A DNA stretch of 64,000 bases from Phaeosaccion multiseriatum (taxonomy: Eukaryota > Protista > Ochrophyta, other classes). Below are positions 36,557-47,400 of this stretch, piece after piece. The stretch is from assembly GCA_965112735.1 (NCBI GenBank), contig OZ218964.1, positions 124,001-188,000 on the forward strand, in the 5' to 3' direction. A program made the position numbers and the translations under genes. The notes under the pieces were generated by a model. The model had not been told where the DNA came from. It saw only the letters and a list, made by a program, of their open reading frames with translations, and searched no databases. How positions within the stretch are numbered: the stretch's first letter is position 1; each line of letters begins with the position of its first letter.

Positions 36557-36847
36557 CTCGCTCACTCCTCTCCTCAGACCTGTTTGATTTCTCCTGTAGG
36601 GGGGCGCAGGCAAGGGGAAAGGCGAAGGAGGCCGTCAGCAGCGGCTCGGTAGCCAAGGTATTCTCCACACGAAGCAAACTTACCACGGGCTGCTACACAC
36701 TCCTCCTTCTTCCTTTGAACCAGCGCCGCTCGACTCCTCATACGACATTTCCCGGGGGGTGCGCCCATAGGATTCCAAATGAATGACCATTTGTGACTTG
36801 AAGAACTAACACGTTAACTTTGCTCTCCCGCCAAGAGACGGGACGCC

Positions 36848-38661
36848 ATGGCCCCGCTTCCAGCGGGCAACGGACAGGAGGGAGCGGAGGAGGAGGGGGA
36901 CCTCAGAGTCTTGTCGATTAGCTCCCACGTGGTGCGGGGCTATGTCGGCAATAAAGCCACGACGTTTCCTCTCCAGCTGCTGGGCATTGAAGTGGACCCC
37001 ATCAATGCCGTCTCATTCTCCAATGGAACCCAGGTAAGTTACCTCCAAAGAAAGAAGGGAGAGAGAGAGACAAGCCTCTTAATTTTTAGTCTGCCGCTGC
37101 CATTCGCTATCCAGTTTAGCGTCTGCGAAGGCCAGCAGCTGAAGGCGGAGCAACTCGTGTCGCTTGTGGATGGACTCGAAGCCAACGGTCTCTTGCAGGG
37201 ATATTCTCATCTACTCACGGGCTTTTTGGGCACGGTGGAAGTTGCAAAAGAGGTAAGAGAGGAGGTACAGCACCAATCGACTCGCTCCTCATTGCCCACT
37301 CTTCCCCTTCTCTTGCTTCGACCGTCTCTTAGATCTTGCCCACCTGTCCAACGCATCCTTACTGTTGCCGTCATCTCTTCTCTTCCCCTTTGCCGGCTCG
37401 ACGAAGTAGATTGCCGGCATCTTCGATCGAATGAGAGCGGTCAATCCGGACGTCACCTTTCTGTGCGATCCGGTGAGTAGTGCATGCGCACGACCCCATC
37501 CCCTGCCTCACTCGATCCCGCTTGCTGACGTGCGTGCCCGCCAGTTCTCTCTCACTTATGCATGTTTGGGGGAAATCCATCTCGAACCCAGGTGCTGGGC
37601 GACGACGGAGAGATGTACTGTGACACCCAAGATTCTCGGGACCTCGTGGCGCTGTATCGAGACACGCTCGTTCCCCTCGCTACCACAGTCGTGCCTAACG
37701 GCTTCGAGGTGCTGTATTGTGCTTCGAGGTGCTGTATTGTGCTATACACTAGCGCCAGCAGGAGGGGTACCTATGTACATTCCTACCTACCTACTTGAGG
37801 GAGAGAGACAATAGCAAACTGCTCTTTCACGGCACTTACTAACCTGTGGGTTGTGCTTCTTCTAAGATGCTCCGGTCACCCACCCACCTCCTTCTCCATT
37901 GCCACGGGCCCTTCTCGCTGACCGTGCTTCTCAGGCGGAGCTGCTCACAGGCATCTCCATTAGGACACGTGACGATGTGCAGCGCACGGCACGAGCCCTG
38001 CACGCTCTTGGCCCCGAGACGGTGGTCATTACGAGCGCCCACACCCCAGAGAGTGGCACTGACAGCGCCGCTAACAGCATCACTACGTACGCGAGTCGCC
38101 GATGCCACTCCTCGTCAGCAGCGGTGGGAATCAGCAGCAGCAGCAGCAGTAGTAGGGGCGAACAGGGGGGTAGCTGTCCTCCTTCGCCGCCACCACCGTC
38201 CTTTGACACGCACGAGGTGAAGCAGGCCCTCTATCCTGTGCCGTTCACAGGCACTGGCGATCTGATGGCCGCCCTCCTGCTGGCGTGGTTCGCGAGGTGA
38301 GTCTCCCGAAGCGCCGAGACGCTTCTTCCTTGTCCTGACGCTCGCTCCCTGTCTCTCGGTCGGGCTCTCTTTTCGGCTTGCCCCCCCTGGCTCTCTCCCC
38401 CCCCCCCTCCCTCCCTTCCTCCCCTCTTCCGTTGGCACCCTTCATCGTACTTGTCTCATCAGAATGCCCAACGACCTCCGTGGCGCCCTCGAGCGAGTGT
38501 GTGCCACCCTTCGGGCCGTCGTTGGCCGCACCTTCGAGGCTCTGCCGGAGTGGCCCCTGCCCTTGCCTCCCGTGGGCAGCTCCCTCGCGCCCCCTCCCTC
38601 GCAGTGTGAACTGCTCCTGGTGCAAAGTAGGCACGACATTGAGCACCCTCCGCTGCTCTGA
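36848..38661 (+). CDS. PDXK: Pyridoxal kinase, about 6 exons
   Basis: RVLSISSHVVRGYVGNKATTFPLQLLG.EVDPINAVSFSN, YSHLLTGF, FLCDPVLGDDG.MY, VPNGFEAELLTG, TVVITS, FTGTGDLMAALLLAW, ELLLVQSRHDIEHP. Confidence 0.95.
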
Positions 38662-39326
38662 TGCACGCACACACGCACGCACGCTCGCACACCTTTGCCC
38701 TCCCTGGTCTTGCGCACGACGGGCTTCGCTCTGCGCTCCCTTTGCTCTACGGCGTATACCGGACGTGGAGGACGTCCTCCTGCACACATCCTCCGGTGGA
38801 GAGGCAGCACTACTTGGGTGAAGGGCAGGACCGAGGGGGTGAGTCCTCATTTCCGGGCCTCGGAGGATTCCAGTCCTCGCCTTTGGGACCAATTGCTCGC
38901 TGCCTGCAGATCTATCCGAGGGCTGGAGATGATTCGTCGCTAGGGGATGAGGTGACTCGACTGACCAGGAGGGGCACTCGAGGCCGAGAATGAGAGGTCA
39001 GGGGAGAGACTAGGCAGGAGGAAGTCGACACTGTATGGAAGTGCATTCACCGGAGAACCCCACCACCACCACCACCAGTAGCAGTAGAAGCAGGGAGGAA
39101 GTAGGTGTGCCGTGAGATTGAAGCCAAGCAAAATGGGTCAGAGTCAAGGGGTCAGGGTCTAAGCACGGCTGAGAGTGAGGGTCGCCTTGTTTCTCTTCTC
39201 GAATCGAGCGTGACTTGCCGTGTGCGTCTCTATCCCCTCGTGGCAGATGTCTAGCAACGCTGACACGGTGGTGCTGGAGACAAGAGGAGAAGCAGGCACA
39301 AGACCTCAGGCAGTCAGGCAGGAAGG

Positions 39327-39708
39327 TCGACCCCTGACGTGCTATCTGCTATCGACAGCGTCAGCCGGCGTGCTATCTGCTATCGAGAATGTGGTCGATG
39401 GTCGGCCCTGGAAGAGGTTATCAGATTACTGATTACGGCCGGCGCAGCCGGCCTGATTACTGATTACGGCCGGCGCAGCCGGCCTGATTACTGATTATGG
39501 CGCCAGCCGGGCCTGATTACTGACTATGGCCGGCGCCAGCCGGGTCTGATTACTGATTATGACCGGCGCCAGCCGGCCTGATTACTGATTATGACGGGCG
39601 CTAGCCGGCCTGATTACTGATTATTGGCGCCAGCCGGCCTGATTACTGATTATGACCGGCGCACACTGTAACCTCTTCCAGGGCCGACGATGGCACGTCA
39701 GGGGTCGA
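39327..39708. mobile_element. Nested non-autonomous TIR elements (MITE-like) with internal tandem array
   Basis: Outer IR 39327-39346 / 39689-39708 (19/20 match). Inner perfect 19-bp IR 39402-39420 / 39669-39687, flanked by direct repeat CGATGG (39396-39401, 39688-39693). No coding capacity. Confidence 0.8.
39424..39662 (+). repeat. About 7.7 copies of a 29-33 bp unit GATTACTGATTA-(C/T)GGCCGGCGC(C)AGCCGGCCT
   Basis: Visible directly; each unit carries a GGCCGGC...GCCGGCC palindrome. Confidence 0.95.
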
Positions 39709-39906
39709 AGGACGGGCCGTAGCAGCAGCAGCAGCGAGAGCACAAAGAGTGGAGCAGCCGCGTTGCGGTCAAGGAGGGGCAGAAAGTTGTTTTTGTACAA
39801 GTTCCGTGTATTTACGCTAACCATCGACTTCGACCTGAAGGGAAGAGGGGGAGAGAATGATGAAACAATGAATCTGAACCTACGGATTTAGAAGAAATAA
39901 ATGTGT

Positions 39907-40848
39907 TCACTCCTGTGCATGTAGAGGAGCAGTAGCAGCAGCAGCAGGTGCGACAAAGACGCGATACTTTCCTCTCCGCTGCTCTGCTCTTGGGCCCTCC
40001 TTTCGCGTCCTCCCTTCAGCAAGGCTACTGCTATTGCTATTGTACGACCAGCAGTAGAAACTCTCGTTCGGGCAGATGAGGGAGCAGACCCCCCCCCGCG
40101 GCACCAACACCGGCGGCGTGTGAGGAGAGCCTGGCGACGTTGGTGGACTGCCCATTGTCCGCCCTACCCTCCTCGGCTGGCGGGGTGGAGGTTGGAGAGC
40201 CCGGTGCGGATGGTAGTGGTGTCCAGCGCTCTCCCCAGCACAGGCCGGAGCAGTCTTCGGCCTAGCCTCTTCTTGCGACGAGCCCGTCTTTGGCCCCCAC
40301 GGGCAGGCGTGGATGGGAGCGCTGCCCCCGCCACCCCCCTTGCTGGTAATTCCCCCGCTGCCCCCCCCGCCGGTCCCACAACTCATGGAGGACAGCAACG
40401 TGTCGTTTAGTTGGGAGGTGCCGCTGCTCCTTCTGCTTCGGTTCATGGTGTCTGTGGTCCTTCTCCTCTTTGTCGAGGAGCCCTCGCGGGACAACATCTC
40501 ATTCTTCGCCCGTAGTGAATGAATTTGCCAACTCAAGGCGGGCAGTGCAGGGACCACACCGGATGGCGTGTGAGTACACGCTGGAATCCGGCCTACCACC
40601 ACCGCGTCCTTCATGCAGCTGGGCCCAACCTTGTTCCTACTGTGCGGGATGTCGTGCTGCTTCGAGTCAGCAGAGCTCCGGATCTGCCGAACCAGCTCAT
40701 GGCGGTGCCTTAGAAAAAAGTCTTGCTCCAAGCGCAGCTTGTCGGTGGCGAAGCTCTTGCTCTGGGCCGTGTGCGCCAGGAAGAAGGCGTGCTCTTGGCG
40801 CTGCGTCTCAAGCACGAAGCTCGTGGTACCCTGCCGCTGCAGAGTCAT
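39907..40848 (-). CDS. Hypothetical protein, N-terminal helical/coiled-coil region then low complexity
   Basis: MTLQRQGTTSFVLETQRQEHAFFLAH...LRLEQDFFLRHRHELVRQIR has coding-like codon use and lies divergent to the CCP gene; exon structure and end unresolved. Confidence 0.45.
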   Translation of the reverse strand: MTLQRQGTTSFVLETQRQEHAFFLAHTAQSKSFATDKLRLEQDFFLRHRHELVRQIRSSADSKQHDIPHSRNKVGPSCMKDAVVVGRIPACTHTPSGVVPALPALSWQIHSLRAKNEMLSREGSSTKRRRTTDTMNRSRRSSGTSQLNDTLLSSMSCGTGGGGSGGITSKGGGGGSAPIHACPWGPKTGSSQEEARPKTAPACAGESAGHHYHPHRALQPPPRQPRRVGRTMGSPPTSPGSPHTPPVLVPRGGVCSLICPNESFYCWSYNSNSSSLAEGRTRKEGPRAEQRRGKYRVFVAPAAAATAPLHAQE

Positions 40849-41063
40849 GCTACTCCTCACCCCTCCCCGATCGTGCTCGAGAGTGGTTTGCAGCAGCAGG
40901 AAAGGGAGGGATCGACAATGGAAGGAAAGGGTCCATCTGCTGCCATCTGAAACGTCAAAGATGGGGGGGATACGACAACAAACACGCGATAGTAGAGGCT
41001 CATAGAAGACGGGCAATGACCAAGACGTCGGCCCGCGCGGGGGCGAGGGGAAGCTGAGGATTG

Positions 41064-41241
41064 ATGATGGGCGCAGAGCCAATTTCGTGTCGAAGGGGGG
41101 GCTCAAAGCGAAGTGCAGCAGAGAATGCGGCAGGGCAGCACCAGCACCAGCAGTACCAGCACCAACAACAGCCGGAGGAGGAAGAGCAAAAGAAACAGGT
41201 TGAGCAGAAGCAGCAGCAGAAGCAGCACCAGCAGCACAATC

Positions 41242-41300
<59 letters not shown>

Positions 41301-42703
41301 TTGCAAGGAGAGGATGAGTACAACAGCACGACGACGGCGGAACGTGAAGTGGATTGCAAAGGGGAGAGCCCCCCAAGAAGTCCGATCACCGAGGAGTGCG
41401 ACAGCAATCTCTGCGACGAGGCGCAGCCGGAGAAGCACAGTCCCCAAAGGGGGGGCAGGGCACCGCGAAAGAGGACGTACATTGACGGGTACCTCGACAA
41501 GCTCGAGCTGCGATCAAGACGGAGGGGCGTATGGCAGAATAGGGGAAAGTGCAGGTACGGGATCGCTATGATGGTGGTGTAGGCTATACGGCGCGACGCC
41601 CCTGTCCTGTTGTGATGGTCGAGGACTTTGCTCTCCCCAGGATGTTTAAAAAGGGGAGGCACACGTATACACGGGTACACACATCCATCTCCGCGCTTTT
41701 CTGAGCCATTCTTTCTCCACAGATTCCATCCCTCTCTGCCTCTCGTGCTTGCTCTTGGATCATTCTCGGGACTATTCTCGCTTCCTCGCAACTCTGGCAC
41801 CCCCGATCCATCTCAACAACCCCTTTGCTCTTGCTGGCCCTTTGCTCTTGCTGCGTCTCAGATTCCTTTCCAGTCCTGCAGCTACAGGTGTCCCAACGCG
41901 AATGCAGCATCTGCCGGTGGTGGACCATGTGGTGGACCGCTCCAAACACAGTGAGTATACCGTACCGCACACGAACGGGGGGCGAGCTCGCCCTCCTCTT
42001 CACCAGGGGAGGGAGGCAAGGAAAGGGCTTTTGCTCGAGCTCCTCTGGGGGTAACCCCCACACCTGCATCCACGCCTACACCTACACCCTCCCCCCCCCT
42101 CCGCGTGTCAGCTGACCACTCCTTCCCCTCCTCTCCCCTCCCATTGCTGTGTGCACCTCTCTATCCCTGTGTGCCTGTGCTTCTACAGGTCACGTGGAGA
42201 ATACCGATGTTGCCTTCGGTGTGAGCGTTATGGACCCCGGTGCACACGCGGAGGTCGAGGCTACCAAGAGAGAGGTGGGTGTGCGGAGGCACGAAGGCTT
42301 GTCCCGGTGTCAAACAGCTCTAGGCATCAGAGGCATTGGAATCTGAGACGAGAGTACATATACCCCCTCCTCCTCCTCCTCCTCCTCCTCCTCCTCCTCC
42401 TCCTCCTCCTCCTCCTCCTCCTCCTCCTCCTCCTCCTCGTCCTCCTCGTCCTCCTCCTCCTCCTCCTCCTCTACTTCTCTACTTCTCTCAGGGCGACGTG
42501 AAGCTGCAAGTGGTGTTCACATACGAGGACCTGTATACCTTCTCCCGCATCCTCCGGCCCGACACACTCGCGTTCAACTCGCACTTTGAAGGCGGAAACC
42601 TTCAGTCGGCGGCGAGAGTCTTCGCCTCATCATCGGAGACGCAGAGGAAAAGGTGGCAGGTGAGGGCATTAGAGAGGGAGACAGAGCGAGATAGAGAGAG
42701 TGA

Positions 42704-42735
<32 letters not shown>

Positions 42736-43003
42736 AAGAGAAAAGGAGAGCGAGAAAGGAGAGGTCGAGAGAGATGCGTAGATAGAGGGAGGACGGGCGG
42801 AAGTAAGAGCGAACAGCGCACCTACATTCACCTGTTCCCCACGGCGGAAAGGTCCTTTGCACCTCTTGGCGCCGCGCGGCTTTGTGCCGCTCCTTCTTTC
42901 GCGGCGGTTCCGACCTTCACTGACATGGACCTGATACACTGCTTCTCCCTTCCTCCCTGTCTGCCCATAAACCTCTGTCTGTCTATGTGTCTGCTCATAC
43001 ACC

Positions 43004-43042
<39 letters not shown>

Positions 43043-44011
43043 GTCTGCCTGTCTGCAGGAGTACGATGTGGACCTCCACTCTGACGTATACCTGAGCAAG
43101 CACCGGCCCAAACCCAAGCAGGACCCGGGCCATCAGTGGTTCTACTTTAGCGTGTCCAATACACAGGAGGGCACCAAGGTCAGGTTCAACATCAACAATC
43201 TCGGTAAGAAGCAAGAGAGTGGGTCTCTCTTTACTAAGAGAGAAGAGAGAGAGGAAGGGGGAGAGGGAGCTCACTCAGGATTGAGTGTTGTGTTGAGAAC
43301 AACATCAAGAGAGGCCCACTTCCTCCCTCCCTCCTCTCGTTTCGATCCCTATACAGGAAAACCGGAGAGTCTTTACAACCAGGGCCTAAAGCCTCTCGTG
43401 TGGAGCACCAAAGCCGCAAAGGAGAGGGGGATAGGCTGGCATCGGGCGGGCGAGCAGGTGGGCCGAGGCAGGCAGCCCTCCCGGCCTTGTACCAGGAAGG
43501 GGAGGGTCCCTCCCCACTTAAGTAGATGGGTAGCCTTTCCTGGGGAGGATGTGTGGGACCCTCTTCTCTTTCGCTCTTGCGGCCTTTTCTATGTTTTGCC
43601 ACCATGGCATTGCACACATGCACACACACGCACCCACGCACACACAAGCACTCACGCGCGCGAACACGCACCCACCCACACACACACATACATTGGCAGG
43701 TCCGGTATTATCGAAACAAGCGCCGGAAGAGCGCGGGAGGCGGTACCTACTTCACACTCACCTGGACCCACTGCTTCGAGGCCTCCGGAGATACCCTCTA
43801 CTTCGCACACAGCTGTCCCTACCTGTACACAGACCTGCAGCGCTGCCTGTCCCGTCTGGCCTTGGCTGACGCCGAGCAGAGCCGCAACATTATGCGAGTA
43901 AGCACGCTATGCCGCTCGCTGGCGGGGAACGCGCTACCTTGCGTGACCATCACTGCGCCAATTCGAGATGTAGACAAGGCGAGGGAGAGACCGGCACTCA
44001 TCCTCACGGGC

Positions 44012-44071
<60 letters not shown>

Positions 44072-47000
44072 CTGTGTGTGTGTGTGTGCGTGTGTGTATG
44101 TACGTGCGTGCGAGCGTTTTGTGTGTATACATGCCACCCCTACGATTCGCATTCACATCGTTCTGCTCGCCATGATTCGTGCTACTCTCTGACTCCGAAC
44201 TCCGACCTTACCCTCCTCCCTCCTCCTTCCTCCCTCCTCCCTCCTCCTCCTGTGCCCCATGGAGCAGGGTCCACCCTGGGGAGAGCAATGGCAGTTGGGT
44301 CATGGAGGGAGCCTTGTGCTTCCTCACCAGTGACGACCCTGTGGCCAAGGTCCGTGCAAGGGCCCGAGAGCGGAGGGCGGGGGGATGGATGGATGGATAC
44401 ACAGATAGATGGATGAAGAAGAATGCAGTCGAGCAAGGAATAGGCTTGCCTTCTTCAATAGACTTCGCTTCATCTGTCACGATGAAGGGGGTTGGGGTGT
44501 TAGGCGTCTCTGTTGTTTTTTGTCTAAGGCGCTTACAATGAACTCACATCGCCCGCTTGACTGCTGTGCTTTCTCGCTGTCCACCCTCTCTCTCTTCGTC
44601 TCTCTAACTCCCTCCCTCCCTCCCTCCCTCCCTCCCTCCCTTTTCTGCCTTCCAGGAGCTGCGAAAGCGCTACGTGCTGAAGATCGTGCCCATGCTGAAC
44701 CCCGATGGGGTGATAAATGGCAACTACCGCACCAGCCTCGCTGCGGTCGATCTGAACCGCTGCTGGTCACACCCCGACCGCTTCAAGGTGAGCGTGACTG
44801 GCACTCTTGAAATAGCTGATAACAGGACTGGCGGCACCATTGTAATACCTTGTACACGACTCGGGTTTGTACCCCACGTTGCCAGATAGCCAGCAGCCAA
44901 AGTTTCCAGACGAGTGACTATCGTTGAATTGAATCTGATCTGATGTCCTCAAGCTCCCCTCCCCTCCCCTCCCCTCCCCTCCCCTCCCCTCCCCACCCGA
45001 CCATCTCTTTCCGGACGCAATGCCATGCCGCGTCGGCACCCCTTGCGCGCCCTTCCTTCTGTCCGTCTGTCTTCCCACTGTCGATCTGTCCGTCTGTCTT
45101 CCAACTGTCGATCTGTCCGTCTGTCTTCCCACTGTCGAACTGTCCGTCTGTCTTCCCACTGTCGATCTGTCCGTCTGTCTTCCAACTGTCGATCTGTCCG
45201 TCTGTCTTCCCACTGTCGAACTGTCCGTCTGTCTTCCCACTGTCGATCTGTCCGTCTGTCTTCCAACTGTCGATCTGTCCGTCTGTCTTCCCACTGTCGA
45301 TCTGTCCGTCTGTCTTCCCACTGTCGATCTGTCCGTCTGTCTTCCCACTGTCGATCTGTCCGTCTGTCTTCCCACTGTCGATCTGTCCGTCTGTCTTCCC
45401 ACTGTCGATCTGTCCTTCTGTCTTCCCACTGTCAATCTGTCCGTCTGTCTTCCCACTGTCGATCTGTCCGTCTGTCTTCCCACTGTCAATCTGTCCGTCT
45501 GTCTTCCAACTGTCGACTGTCGAGCACAGCACCCCATGGTGGTGGCTGTCAAGGCTCTGGTGCGCAGCTTGAAACGTGTGAGACCAGTCCTGTTTCTATG
45601 CGACATTCACGCGCATTCCAGGAAGGAGGGGCTCTTCATGTACGGCTGCATCCCGGAGTGGGACGAGGAGCAGCAGTTGACGATACAGCAGCAACAGCAG
45701 CAACAGCAGCAACAGCAGCAACAGCAGCAGTCTCAGTCTCAGTCTCAGTCTGCTGGCGAAGGCCCATTAGGACACAGTACAGGAGGAGGGGGGGGGGGGG
45801 GTGGAGGCTGGGGAGGTGGTGGGGTAGGGGCTCAGAGCTTCGTTGGAGCCGTGGCGGGGGCGTGGGGTCGCCACATCGAAAAAGCATCGTCGTCGGTCCC
45901 TTGTCGAGGTCTGGCTGCTGTATCACCAATGGTGCCTGCTGCTAGTGGCGGTGCTGCTCCCGGCTCTGATATCTCGGTTGGTGGCACGGGACAGCAGCAG
46001 CAGCAGCAGCAGCAGCAGGTTGTGGTGGTGGACAGTCAGCGAGGACAGACGCCGTCCAACCAACTGGAGGAAGAGGAAGCCCAGCAGCAGCAGTTGGTGA
46101 TACAGCAGCAGGCCGCCCGAGGAGGCCCAACAGGGGGGGGGGCTGCTGCGAATGGGAGGGGCGGAGGAGCCCTATTGCGAGCGGCGCACTGCCCACCCGG
46201 CAATGGCAACAACTCCACTGCCAACAGCAACACCAACCCCATCACCAACACCAGTGCCAATGCCAGTGGAGGAGGTGGAGGAAGAGGCACAGGAGGAGGA
46301 GGATCTTCGTCCTCCTCTTCCTCTTACGCGGTAGGGGTAGGCAGCCAGTCCGCTCAGTTGCAGGAGCAGACCCGCAGGCGCAGCCTCCTCCTACAAGCGC
46401 GGCAGAGCTGGGGTGTGAGGCTCTTCCCTCGCATCATCGCCAACCTCTGCATGCCCTTCAGGTGCGTGCGTGCGTGCGGGCGTGCGGGCGGGCGGGTGTC
46501 TGTGTGTGTGCGTGTGTGTGCGTCAGTGTGTGCGTGTGTGCATGTGTGTGTGTGTGTAGGAGGGGTTCTTGAAAGCTCTCCTTTCCTCTTGCTCTACCTT
46601 CCCCCCCCGACAGCCTTGCCCAGCCGTCCAGCACAGTCAGTCGGTCCTTTCGAGTGTGGCTCTCTTTACCACCTCCCTGCCTCCTCCCTTGCTCCCTCCC
46701 CTCCCCTCTATCTACTTCCATCCGTCTGCTGCCATGCCCCCATCCATCCACTGCCATCCCCTCAGACTGGACAACTGCTCGTTCCGCATGCTCAAGTCGA
46801 AGAGCAGTACCATGCGCATCGTCATGTTCGAAGAGATGGGCATCGCATGCAGCTACACATTAGAGGCATCCTTCTCGGGTGAGCAGGGAAGGAGGGAGGG
46901 AGGGAGGGAGGGAGGGAGGGAGGAGGGGGAGAAACGGAGGGAGGTGGGGTAGGGGGGAGGGAGGGAGGGAGTGCCCTTGTGCTGTCATGTTGCGAAATTA

Positions 47001-47362
47001 TCCACCGATCTGATCGACATCGAAGCATGGCCCTCTGTTTTGAGTTTTAGTTTGTTGACCTCCATCATTTTCGAAACATGTCGATATCCATGAGTTTTAG
47101 TTTGCTGACCTCCATCATTATCGAAACATGTCGATATCGATGTCCTCTGTTCGTCCTGATGGCCCTCTGATCTCTGACACGCTGGCGGGCGGGTGACCCT
47201 TCACCCCGCAGGCGCACAAGGGGTGCATTTTACCACCTCGGACCTCGAGGGTATGGGGGAGGATGTGTGCCGAGCCCTGCTAGACTACAGCAATTGTTTG
47301 GCCAGCTGCATGCAGCCGCCAACTGAGCCGCAGCAGTTGATGATACAGCAGCCGAAGCAGCC

Positions 47363-47400
<38 letters not shown>

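Noticed and set aside
39424-39662. CRISPR array
   Set aside because: The variable segments are homologous to one another, the conserved part is only about 14 bp, there are no cas genes and the context is eukaryotic.
39327-39708. piggyBac-like element with a TCGA target duplication
   Set aside because: The in-window empty site at 56967-57021 has no TCGA, so TCGA is more likely part of the TIR; not fully excluded.
44918-45945. Repeat proteins ([18 protein letters not shown] etc.) from ORFs open in all six frames
   Set aside because: Product of a stop-free 27-bp minisatellite inside a CCP intron; flanking exons join as ...RFK|HPMV....
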